From Selaginella moellendorffii (taxonomy: Eukaryota; Plantae; Lycopodiophyta): DNA of 64,000 nucleotides. The notes below the pieces were generated by a model. That model worked only from the letters and a program-made list of their open reading frames with translations, was not told where the DNA came from and made no database searches. The position numbers were made by a program, and so were the translations under genes. The stretch covers positions 1,625,185 to 1,689,184 of the forward strand of contig NW_003314277.1 of the NCBI RefSeq assembly GCF_000143415.4. The letters run 5' to 3'. Positions 39,490 through 50,632 of this stretch are shown here, piece after piece (positions within the stretch are counted from its first letter, which is position 1; each line of letters opens with the position of its first letter).

Positions 39490-42400
39490 ATGGAAGCACA
39501 GGTTGTGGCATTCCACGACAAGCCGCAGGAGCTGCAATGCGTGGGATCGATGCAAGTCCAGAGGACGCTCAATCACAGCGGCGATGATTCTCAGGCTGCG
39601 GGGCTGAGCTTCATATGCGGGAGCTTGCCCGTGCCGACGGCGAGCCCGCCCAAGGCATTTTCCTCTACAGCAGTCGTCTATCACAAGAGGTGAATTCTTG
39701 CGATCGATGTGATTTTGAGTGACGATCTTGCGATGGCTCAATAAATTGCTTGCCTTGCATTCATCCAGGGTGATTGCGCCTCACTACAAGCTACTTCCAG
39801 CGGAGACTGATCTCAATGCGCCTCTGAGCAACAGAGCTCTCGCTGCTGTTAACGAATCATCCGGAAGTAAGAGCTGATCGTTTGGATTGTTCTTTAGTTT
39901 TTAGTCTTTTCTCTTTCAGACATATGTGAAACAACCAGCAAAACAGTCGCTCAAAAATGCGATGCTTTAGCTGCCAGTGCCCTCTCCGGCCACGGGGACG
40001 GGATCGACGTGATTGCTCCCGTTGACATACTGAAGCAGATCTTCAAGACTCCATACTCGAAAGCTCGGGTGTCAGTCGCGGTTCATAGGATTGGGAGGAC
40101 TCTCATACTGAACAGTGGGTGTGTCAACTTTTGTCTTTGCTTTAATTCGAGTTTCTTTGCGTGCTTACGTTTGAATGCAGGCCGGATGAAGACAGAGAAA
40201 CGCTTGTTCGTAAAAAAAAAGCAGTCAAGCTGGGTGAGAAGCTGCTATACTCGAGATTTGTCCACCATTCCATGCAGTCGAGATCGCCCCCGCCGTCGGA
40301 ATCAACCAAAGAGACGGACAGTTCGACGGAGTCCTTGTTCAGCCCATGGCAGGAAACTATAGACGAAGAAGGCTGCGAGGGAAACCTGTGCGCTACGATG
40401 AGACTGCCGGTCCAGCATAACGGGAAGCTCTCGCGTGGAAGGCAGGCTGAAGTTGAGCTGGGGGATGATGATGACGAGGATGATGATGCGGAGTACAGTG
40501 AAGAAGATGGAGTGAGGCAAAAGAAGACATCCGACGATTTTTTGCGGGTCCTTTACTGGCAGTTTCAGAACTTGCGAATGCTTCTAGGAAGCGATCTACT
40601 GGTTTTCAGCAACGAGAAGCATGTCGCTGTAAGTTTGCACCTCATGGAGATTAAACGACAGGTAAAAAGAAGATGGTTTGTGTGCGAGGCCGTTGCTGAC
40701 AGCCTCTTTTATGCAGGTTACGCCTCTGATGTGGCTCGATGCCTGGTTAGATAATGTAATGGCCAGTGTTCCCGAGCTGGCTATTTGCTACCATCACAAT
40801 GGCGTCGTTCAGGGATATGAGCTTCTAAAGACCGACGACATTTTCTGCTTAAAGGGCCTTGCGGAAGACGGGACAGTCTTTTTTCAGCCACATATTGTGC
40901 AACAGAATGCCATTTCAGTGCTGAGGTTTCTTCAAGAAAATTGCAAGCATGACCCTGGGACCTACTGGGTAAGCTATCAATCCGGAGTGTCATGTACTAA
41001 TACTTCACTAATTTTGTAGCTGTGTAAGAATCATGGCGAGGACGTGTTGCAGCTGTATGATCTATCAGATATATCTAAGAGCTGCAAGAAAGTTGACAGC
41101 CACAGCACACTACCTTCGCGGAATGCTAATGGTAACTGTTATACGTTGCCTCTGGCAATGCTTTTGTACCGCATTGCTTACAGCTTATCACGTTCTCAGG
41201 TATGTTTTGAAGTAAGGGGACTTTTTCTTAATTGAAAGTTTGTGTTTATTCAGGAGTCAAGTGACATTTGCAAATGTGCTAAATTGTTTCGGAAATGTCT
41301 AGAGTTCTTAGACAACGAAGAGCATCTGGTAGGTTGCTATTCGTTAATTTTTTGAGCTCTGGCACTAAGTCTGAGTTTGTTTTGTTTAGATAATCAGAGC
41401 AATCGCGCATGAGCAAGTTGCCAGATTAATTCTAAACTGTTGCAAGGAGCATGACTCTTCAGCGAAGCCTGTTCTGCTTTTAGAAGCCTACGATCATGAA
41501 GAAATAGTTGATCCGGACCTTGACGGGAAAAGCGTTTGCATCGAGGAATTATCTACGACATCGGGCGAGACAGAAGTTTCGGAGAAAGAGCTGACTCTTT
41601 ACGACTCTCCTGTACAAGTCATGGATGCCGAAGTCGATCCTGTCTCTCCGCGCCTGGCCGCTGTTCATCACGTCTCTGAAGCCATACTATCTCTACGGTC
41701 CCAGAGGCAGCTTCAAGACATTGACAAGGAAAAGTTGAGGGTGACAAATATCAAGCAGTTCCCTCTGTGCCTTTGCGGGGATATAGACTGTATCAGCTTC
41801 TACGACATTGGAAGCAGCGAGTTCGGTGTTTTGATGGACCAGAAGCTCAGGGAGCTCATCTTGATGCTGGGAGAGTCTTATCTTGCTCTGGGGGAGGCTT
41901 ACAGCGAGAAAGGAGACCTGGTTCGGACAGTGAAAGCTGCTCAGCTCGCCTGCTCCGTTTATGCGTCAGTGCTGAAGCTGGAAAACCTGCCTAGTCCGTA
42001 TGGCTGCCAGTACTGTTTGCCGGCAAGCAGCTCAAAGAAGAAGTTCCTACCTCGTAAATCGGGAACTCAGCAGAATGACCTCCAGAAAGGACTCTTTTGG
42101 GGCCAGGTGTGGCGGTTGATAGGCGACGTCTACATCAAAAACCTCATGGTTCTCGGTGAAAATAGCCTTCCACGCAAGGGAATGAAAGGTGGCGAGGAGC
42201 TACAAATGGCTGAGGAGATAGTGCGAGAAGTTAAACGCCTCAGGAAGAAGTCCGGACAAAAGCCGGGATGTGGAGTCTGTAGTGCCAGTGACTGTAGCTG
42301 CCATATGGATAGAATAAGCAGTGGGAGCAGTGCAACGAGTAGCAGTGATTACAGCGAGAAAAATTCCTCGAGGCAGCGGACAAAGCACAAGAAATCAGGG

Positions 42401-43765
42401 AAAGCGGTGGCAACTGTTTATGAGGCGAAAGATGGGACAGTGGAGGAAGAATCGAAGACTCAAGCAGACTACAGTTACAAGCAAGTTTGCAAGAATCACG
42501 TCTGCTTCCACTTGCAACGAGTTCTCACCAAAGACTTGAAGCTCAACTTCGTGGCGGCAGTGGACTGCTACGATGCTGCGATATACGCTCTAACAGACGT
42601 TCCTGGAGCCTCTAGAGATCTGGACGCAGCCGTTCGGAAGAAAGGCTGGGCCTGCAACGAGCTCGCACGTCTGATACTGGCTAGCGAGGATCTTGCTCTC
42701 GCCGAGATGGCCTATCTCACCGCCATCCGAGCGTTCGAAACAGTTGGAGATTCGACAAACGTACTCCTCGTGAACTGCAACCTCGGCCACGCACTAAGAT
42801 CGGCTGCCGAGAAGCTGGTTGCCTGGATGTCCGTGGGTGACTTGAGTCCGGAGAAACGCGAACGAGTCGCTCGCGAGGCCAGGGAGTTTTACTTGAAGGC
42901 CTTGAAGTGCTACCGAGCTGCGAAGAGAGAAGCCGCCAACTTATCCGGCTCGAAGGAACTCGAGGAAAACGTTGTGACGCAGCTCGCCAACACGTACCTG
43001 AGGCTGGGACTCTTCACGGTGGATCAGCAGACTTCCGCGGTTCTAAACTCGGGCGACTCGCTGACGAGCTACAAGCTGCAATCGCTGTTTGCGACGTCGG
43101 ACATCCTCGAGGCTCTGCTGCTCTACGAGTCGATTCCTCGAGCGCAGGAGACCGCCTTCACGCACTTCCAGATCGGCTCGCACCTTCGGAACTGCCTCCA
43201 GATCGCCAAGCTCAAGACCGACTACAGCAAAGACACGAATCTCAAGTTCCACGCCTCGCTAGCGGACCACCATCTCCGGAAAGCTCTCGGCTACTATCGG
43301 CCTCATTCGCATCCGACGATGTTCCTCGACATCCTCCTGGTGGAATGCGACCTTTGCTTCTTGGTGCTACCATTTTCCGGCGCAAACCAGGTACTACCAC
43401 TTTGCTTTTTGCATAACAAAGTTCTTTTTCTTCGATCGTGAAGTTCTAGTGTTCTAATGGAAGGTTTCTTTGCGCAGCTGTTGATACTGGAGCAAGGAAT
43501 GGCGTGCATGCTGGAAGGCCGGCGAGCGCTGGAAGTGACAGTGGAATCGAGGCCAGCGGACGAAACTCTGGAAAAATTCATCGCCCAGCTCCAGACTTTA
43601 CTGAAAAACTTGCTGGGAGCTGTGATCAAAGAGGACAAAGCGTCGAGCGCTCGAGCACTGGACGTGGAGACGATCAAAACCATGTACCGCATTGCTTTGA
43701 GGTCCTCCATCCACGCTTTGCCAAACGAGTTAAAGGAGCTCCATGATCTCTGGCAAAGACTATAA
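39490..43765 (+). CDS. EDRF1-like protein (erythroid differentiation-related factor 1 homologue)
   Basis: LKQIFKTPYS, MLLGSDLLVF and WLDNVMASVPELAICYHHNGVVQGYELLKT motifs, then a long helical-repeat exon. Multi-exon. Confidence 0.82.
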
Positions 43766-43959
43766 TAACACTACTGTTTTTAGGGTTCTTGAGAGGACAC
43801 GGTCTTGACTTGACGAGCAGCGTTTGGCGATCGCATCAACGAGGTGAGGATCGAGCGAGCGAGCGCCAGTTCCTGGAAGACTTCGCTGGGATCTCAGGAA
43901 AGAATGCTTCTGGATCTTAGATTCTAGAGATTTCGCGAGAGATTCTGGGATTGGACAGA

Positions 43960-46900
43960 ATGCTGCGCGGCGGCATAGGGAATGCGGTGTTGGCACCGAT
44001 CTCCGAGGTGCTGGCTCGATTGGTAGTCCAGGTAACGGACACGGCCATGGCTGCCAAGGATGTGTTGATCGAGAGGGAGAGCTTTAGCGAGCTTGGGAGC
44101 TACCTGGAGAAGATCTTGCCCGTGTTGCGAGAGCTCCACGATAAGAATGTGAGGGACACGCCGCCGATGAGAGTCTCGCTGGAGAGCCTGGAGAGGGAGA
44201 TGAAGAAGGCACAGGAGTTGATCAAGTTGTGTGGATCCAAGAGCCGGATCTACCTTCTTCTACACTGCCGGACGCTCGTCAAGCAAGTCCAGGACATCAC
44301 GCACGAGATTGGGAGGTGTTTGAGCCTCATTCCACTGGCGAGTATGAACATCTCGGTGGACAGCCGCGAGGTGACTTCCAAGCTCTTGGTGGACATGCAA
44401 AGCGCCCAGTTTCGAGCTGCTGCCGCCGACGAAGAGCTCGTGGAGAAGATCGAGCTGGGGATCCGAGACCAACGAACAGACAGTGCTTTCGCGAATGATC
44501 TGCTGCTCCAGATTGCCAGGTCCGTTGGAGTGCCTCAGAACACACTCGCTCTCGCTCAGGAGCTGGAGGAGTTTAAGAAGGAGAAGGAAGAGGCCGAGCT
44601 CCGGAAGAACCGAGCCGAGGCGTATCAGCTTGAGCAGATCATTGGGCTCTTGAGCGCCGCCAACGTGAAGAATGGTGGCAGTGGGGAGTTTCATAGAGTG
44701 ACTGGAAGTAACTGGCAGTACATGCCTTTCTACTGCCAGCTGACGCGAGCTCTCATGGAGGACCCGGTGGAGATTGCTTCCGGCCAGACTTTCGAGAGGA
44801 GCGCCATTGAGAAGTGGTTTCGGGATGGGAACACTGTGTGCCCCGTGACTGGGGTCGAGCTCGACAGCTTCGAGTTGAAGCCGAACCACTCTTTGAGATC
44901 TGCGATCGAGGAGTCCAGAGACAGAAGCACGCGGTACAATATCGAGGCTTGCGGACGAAAGATCAAGAGCCAGGAGGATACTGAGGTACAAGCTGGACTA
45001 TGGGAACTACACAGGCTTAGCGAAGAGAGGCCTCGGAACCCCACGTGGATTGCCGAAGCTGGACTTCTCCCGGTTATAGTGAGCTTGCTCGAGTCCAGAC
45101 AAAGAGCTACAAGGATGAAAGCTCTGGCTGCGCTTTCTAGCCTTGCTGCTGGCAACGAGAACAAGGTATGCTCTGTCACCTTTTGCTCCTTGATGGTCTG
45201 ATTCAGTTGTGCAGGCAAGGCTCTAAATTACGCACACTTTGAGGCAGGAAAGGATAATGGACGCAGGTGCATTGCCCCTCACGGTGAGGTCGCTGTCGCG
45301 AGATGGTGAAGAGCGAAAGGAAGCGGTCAAGCTCCTGTTGGAGCTATCGAAGGTTCCCAGGATTTGCGACCAGATTGGGAAAGCTCAGGGATGCATTCTT
45401 CTGCTTGCGACGCTGAGGAACGAGATCGAAAGCGCTGTTCAGGATGCCACGGCTTTGCTGGATGCTCTTTCGAACAACAGCCAGAACGTGGTACAAATGG
45501 CCGAGGCAAACTACTTTAGACCCCTTGCTGTCCGGCTGGCTGAAGGTATGCATGGTTCTCTTTTGGAACAGGCATTTCATCTGTTTTACTGGTATCTGTA
45601 GGCTCGGACAAGGACAAGATTTTAATGGCAAGTGCGATCGCGAGGATGGGCCTTACGGATCAAGGCAAAGCGACACTAGCACAGGATGGAGCTATAGGTC
45701 CTCTGGTGAAAATGATTTCCCTGGGTAACTTGGAAGCCAAATCTGCAGCGCTTGGTGCACTTCAAAACTTGTCAACGCTTCCGGACAATAGGGACGAAAT
45801 GATTGCTGCGGGCGTCGTCCCCTCCCTGCTCAGGCTCTTGTGCTCAGTCACGTCTTCCTTGGTCACGCTCAAAGAACAAGCTGCAGCAACTTTTGCCAAT
45901 CTGGCATCGTCACCTGCGAATACATCCAAGAGCAACGAGGTGCTGGAATCCGAAGATACACTAGTGCAACTGCTTTCGCTACTCAATCTCGCCGGGCCAG
46001 AGATCCAGGGACATCTTCTACGTGCACTCTACGGAATTGCTACTTCTAGAGACGCCGCAGAGGCCAGAAACATCCTAAGAGCGGCAGACGCCATCCAGCT
46101 GCTTCTTCCATTTTGCGAAAACAGCGATTCTGGCGTCCGAGTCTACGCTCTCAAACTGCTCTTCTGCCTGTCGGGAGATGGCTCTGGACGTGAGATATCC
46201 GAGTTCCTTGGCCCGACTAGCTTCAAGACTTTAGTCGACGTACTATCGGCTACATGGAGCTCGGACGAAGAAAAAGCTGCCGCCGTTGGGATCCTTGGCA
46301 ACCTCCCGTCAACCGACAACCAAGTGATCGAGAGGCTGCTCCAAGCCGGAGCGCTTCCTCCAACGCTAAATCTCCTGGACGGTGTGGTTCGGGGTACGAG
46401 AGCCATGCCAAAGAGCGTCCAAGACTCGGTCGTGGAGAACTCGGTGGCGGTGCTACTACACTTTACAAGGCCAGCACGGGAGGACTTGCAACGCCTGGCT
46501 GCTGATCACGGTGCCGTGTCACGCCTGGTCGACGTACTTTCGGCGGGGAGTCCACTGGCAAGAGCGAGAGCTGCGACAGGACTGGCACAGTTCTCGGAGA
46601 GTTCCCGGAGGCTTTCCACGCCCGTGGCGAGAAGCAGCGCCGGATTGTTCTCGTGCTTCTTCCGGCCTCGAGAAACAGGATGCGAGCTCCACCAAGGCCA
46701 CTGCTCCGAGAGAGGCTCGTTTTGCATGCTCGAGGCCAAAGCAGTGGCTCCGCTGATCCAGTGCCTGGAGGCGAGCGAGGCCCAAGTCCAGGAAGCCGCA
46801 CTCACTGCGCTAGCGACGCTGCTCCACGACGAGATCTGGCAGAAGGGAGTGAAAGTCATCGCGGATGCTCGCGGGATTCGCAGCCTGGTGAGAGTTATCA

Positions 46901-47106
46901 CGTTTGGAACGCCGGAGGCGAAAGAAAAGGCGCTGTGGATGCTGGAGAAGGTGTTCCGTATCGAAAGGTACCGGAACGAGTTTGGGAGCTCGGCTCAGAT
47001 GCCACTTATTGAGCTGACCTCGCGAGGTAACAGCGTGACGAGGCCGATGGCGGCAAGGATTTTAGCTCATCTCCAGGTACTCCACTCTCAGTCATCGTAT
47101 TTCTAA
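43960..47106 (+). CDS. U-box/ARM-repeat E3 ligase (PUB43/44-like)
   Basis: N-terminal helical domain with SRIYLL, U-box FYCQLTRALMEDPVEIASGQTFERSAIEKWF, ARM repeats, C-terminal LAHLQVLHSQSSYF. Two introns. Confidence 0.92.
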
Positions 47107-47159
47107 TCCATTTGTGTGGTATACTAGTGATTGTAAATAGATTTTTCTAAACGAGAGCA

Positions 47160-47729
47160 ATGGCTCTCTACAATCCTGCGTCTTGTTCTTGCGCAAAAGT
47201 TTATGTGGCCACAGTTCCTCTTCGTGTTCCTCCAGGTCCTCCATCTTGGCTTATCAACACAGTGGAAGCCAGTGGGATTACAAAGCTTTGCCACTACATG
47301 ACCATTGTCCAATCCAAGCAGCAGTGCACAGTGTTTGATTTCCAGCCAGAGAATCCAGAGGACCCTCTCGTGGCACTGGCCTTGATTTGTGGCCAGCAAG
47401 TCTCAGGTAGATTTGGATTTCTTTCTCTTCTTTTGATTTTCTTCTTTCAAATAGTATAAGATTTGTATTGTTTGCAAGGAATTGTGCAGCAAAGAAGGCT
47501 GCCAAGGCTTCCTTCCAGCAGAATTGAGCTTGTTGGCAACATGCTTCCTGGATTGGATCTTACTTCTGCTGTGGAGTTTAACAATTCATGGCCTACTGAC
47601 CTGATTCTCCACAGGCATGATTGTAGGCACCACACTGCAGGTATTTGGGAGATATGTTTGTTTTCTTAGCCACTTCTTTAAGCAGGTCTCGTTGGTCATC
47701 TTACTGGGAGAATGGTTGTTCCTTTTTAA
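47160..47729 (+). CDS. Small conserved-looking protein, possibly a permuted papain-like (PPPDE/NlpC) hydrolase, 3 exons
   Basis: Spliced ORF containing HYM...VFDFQPENP...EFNNSW.T.L....HDCRHHT.GLV..LTG, with GT-AG introns. Confidence 0.65.
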
Positions 47730-48510
47730 AAGCTGCATTTTCATATAAACAGTAACTTAGCCAAATCTAAGGAGGATTAACATCTCTGATCTAGATTTCT
47801 AAATTTCTCTTATTCTTACCATCTCCTGTCATCTCCATGCTTGTTTTGACCCAAACAAACTGTCGGGCAAGAATAACTCGCAGACTAGTGAAGTACCAAA
47901 GAGCTCTATATGGGATTGAAAGAATTAACTGGATATATATTAAAAGTGTTGAGGGGGAACAAGCTAAAATGATTGCAAAACGAACGGGGGACCACTTGCT
48001 CGCTCTCCCTCAGTCAGGAGGAGGGGAGAGCGGCAGCTGCGAGTTGGTATAGGACAACATTGAGTTACATATACCAAATACCATAAACATTAAAAACATT
48101 TAGAAGCATTTGAAGTACTAGTTTAGCTTGGACAAGTTTTTCATGGATGGATGGTGGATAATGATCATTTGTCCAAGAAAGATCAAAGAACATTATCAAG
48201 AGATCAATGTAGTTTTTCCGTGCGCTTTAACAATCGTTCTACTGTATAAACTAGATAGTTTAACAAAGATAATAAACAGTATCAATTAGTATAGTATGTG
48301 GTCATGAAATGAATGCTTTCTCATTATTTTCAAGTTGAAAATCAGTCAGTGGATTATTATAAAACATTTATTTTTAGACGATTTGTTAATGCCTTCAATT
48401 ATTTGCTCAGAGAAATTTTTTTAGAGGATCTAATCTATTCTTATTAACTGGGTATATTACTATGCATATTATTTTTAGTTTACAAAACCTTAAGCTATTA
48501 AGCTAATAAT

Positions 48511-49401
48511 TTAGCAAAATGTACCTGAATTCCATACATTTTTCTTTATGGGTTTAGTGCTGAATACCTTTTGATATGAGAAATATAATACTAAATTACA
48601 ATTATTTTGTACTACTAAATGTGCATTTTCATAACAATTATTATATTTACAATAAGTACCAGAAGCCCAAATAACTTCTTTATTATAAGAATATAAAACT
48701 AAATTTCCATCTTCTTGTAACCTTAGTATACATTCTGTACCCTTATTTGTTGTTTGTGTAGACCATAAACTTTTTTTTTTAGTATATAGTACTAAATTAC
48801 AATCACTATTTAAATATAAATATGCTTTTTGGTTTGAAGAAATTAAAAAATGTGTTGTTAATAGATATTGATATAACATATTAACATACCCACTTATTAA
48901 GATACTTGAAAATACGTTACAATTAAAAAGTTTTATTGCATAAATTTGATTATGACGGGGAATATAGTTTCTAATGTAATAATAAATAACAAAATGTTGA
49001 GTGTTAATATAAATATAGGAAGCAGCAAAGTTCCTCATCTCATTATATGATCTTTCTAAAATATGATTTAATGAGTTTCTAATTACAGATCCTACATCTT
49101 CATTGCCTTCATTATTTGAACCACAAAGTTGAGCAGCTGTTTGTAAAGCATAAATACCATATACAATAGAAGTAGTACTTCTACCTGGATTTATAAGTAA
49201 TAAAAGTCCATGGAAGCTTTGATCTCTTGGAAGTACATTATTTGGTATAAAATTAATTGCATTTTGAATAACATGGAAAATAATATTTACTGCTTCTTCA
49301 GATAGAACATCAAAATCACCTGTTTGAAAATTAATATCTTGTGAAATTGTTGTTATTATTATCAATAGTATGCCAAAGTTTGATATATATATCTTTCTCA
49401 T
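48511..49401 (-). CDS. Secreted protein: unknown N-terminal domain plus bulb-type (GNA) mannose-binding lectin
   Basis: Signal peptide and three motifs NSDCNLVLY, QEDGNLVLY, QNNCNLVLY, each followed by a W-S/A-x-x-T type motif. Intact 296-aa ORF in very AT-rich DNA. Confidence 0.85.
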   Translation of the reverse strand: MRKIYISNFGILLIIITTISQDINFQTGDFDVLSEEAVNIIFHVIQNAINFIPNNVLPRDQSFHGLLLLINPGRSTTSIVYGIYALQTAAQLCGSNNEGNEDVGSVIRNSLNHILERSYNEMRNFAASYIYINTQHFVIYYYIRNYIPRHNQIYAIKLFNCNVFSSILISGYVNMLYQYLLTTHFLISSNQKAYLYLNSDCNLVLYTKKKSLWSTQTTNKGTECILRLQEDGNLVLYSYNKEVIWASGTYCKYNNCYENAHLVVQNNCNLVLYFSYQKVFSTKPIKKNVWNSGTFC

Positions 49402-49766
49402 TATTCCAATTTATAATAATAATTACATTCTTCATTGTTATAAGTACTTAAAATAATTATCTTTTGCCAAAAAATATTTAGCAAGATCAGTAAAGTTAAG
49501 TTTACTTTTGTAATTAAATATTATTATAGAATTTCATTTAATATATAAAAATCTTAATAATTATAAAAGTAAAGTTCACTCGTAATTTTTAAATGAATAT
49601 GGCTTTATAGGGATAAAATGAGTTTGAGGTTTGCACATAATAAGATTTTCTGTTTCTCTTAAATTTAACTTGCGGGAATCGAACTCACGACTTGCAACAA
49701 TGTAGATTCAGGCGGTGTTATAAACCTGTCATAACGGTGGGAGTTTGGTTATAAACCGGCTCTCTA

Positions 49767-50539
49767 ATGGCCCAGCAGCTACGCAAAGCCGCAGTGTACA
49801 GCAAAGAAGAAGGCGAGTGCGGAAGCCCAGCTTCGTCCATCGGCAAAGGCGTCAACCAAAGAGCCGAGGCCATCGCCGAGGCACACCGCAATCGTGTGGA
49901 GACGGAAGCACAGGCCTACTTGGAAGCCGCCACTCGCAAGGCCGAAGCACGGGCTCTCAAGCTCCAGGTAGTGACGAGAAATACTTCCAAGTTCCTGTGT
50001 AGCTTCATCCCCCTCCTCTTCTGGAACTCTTTCTACAGGGAAAAGCCGAGAGGCAGCGAATGCTGGAGGAGTCCAAAGCGCTGGAGAATCGAAAGAAGGA
50101 GGAGCAGCGAGCTGAGATGCTCGTCCACTCTGCCGAGGTTTGACTGATTGGATTGCCTTCTTCTCCACCATGGAGTTGTACTGCTTGATCTCAAGTGGAA
50201 TGCAGGTAAGGGTTGATAAACTCCTGGCCAGAGCCCGGCAAGAGTGCCAGAAGATCAAATCCCACTCCCACGAGCACACCGAGAAGAGCATCGCCGATTC
50301 CTTCACAAAAGCCGAGCGGGTAAAAACGGACCACGAGTTTTGTTTTATCGCTCGACTCCACATAAAAAGAGAAACCTGACTTGCCACAGTTGAAAGCCGA
50401 GATCGAGGAGCAGAAGAAGAAAGAGCTTGCGGACATCGTGGACCGCGTCCAGCAATTGATAGTTATCGGAGAGTTGCCGGCTGCAGAGAACAAGAGCGTT
50501 GTCAAGAAATTGAAAGATGGCCTTGCGCGGTACTTCTGA
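49767..50539 (+). CDS. Remorin-like coiled-coil protein (4 exons)
   Basis: AYLEAATRKAEARALKLQGKAERQR and VQQLIVIGELP resemble Remorin_C. Clean GT-AG splicing. Confidence 0.6.
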
Positions 50540-50632
50540 AAGAAAAACTGTAAGTTAATGGTATGACCTCCATACCCGGTGATGCAAACTACAAAAGTAA
50601 AAGAGTTTACCTCGGAAGTAGCTTCTGACACT

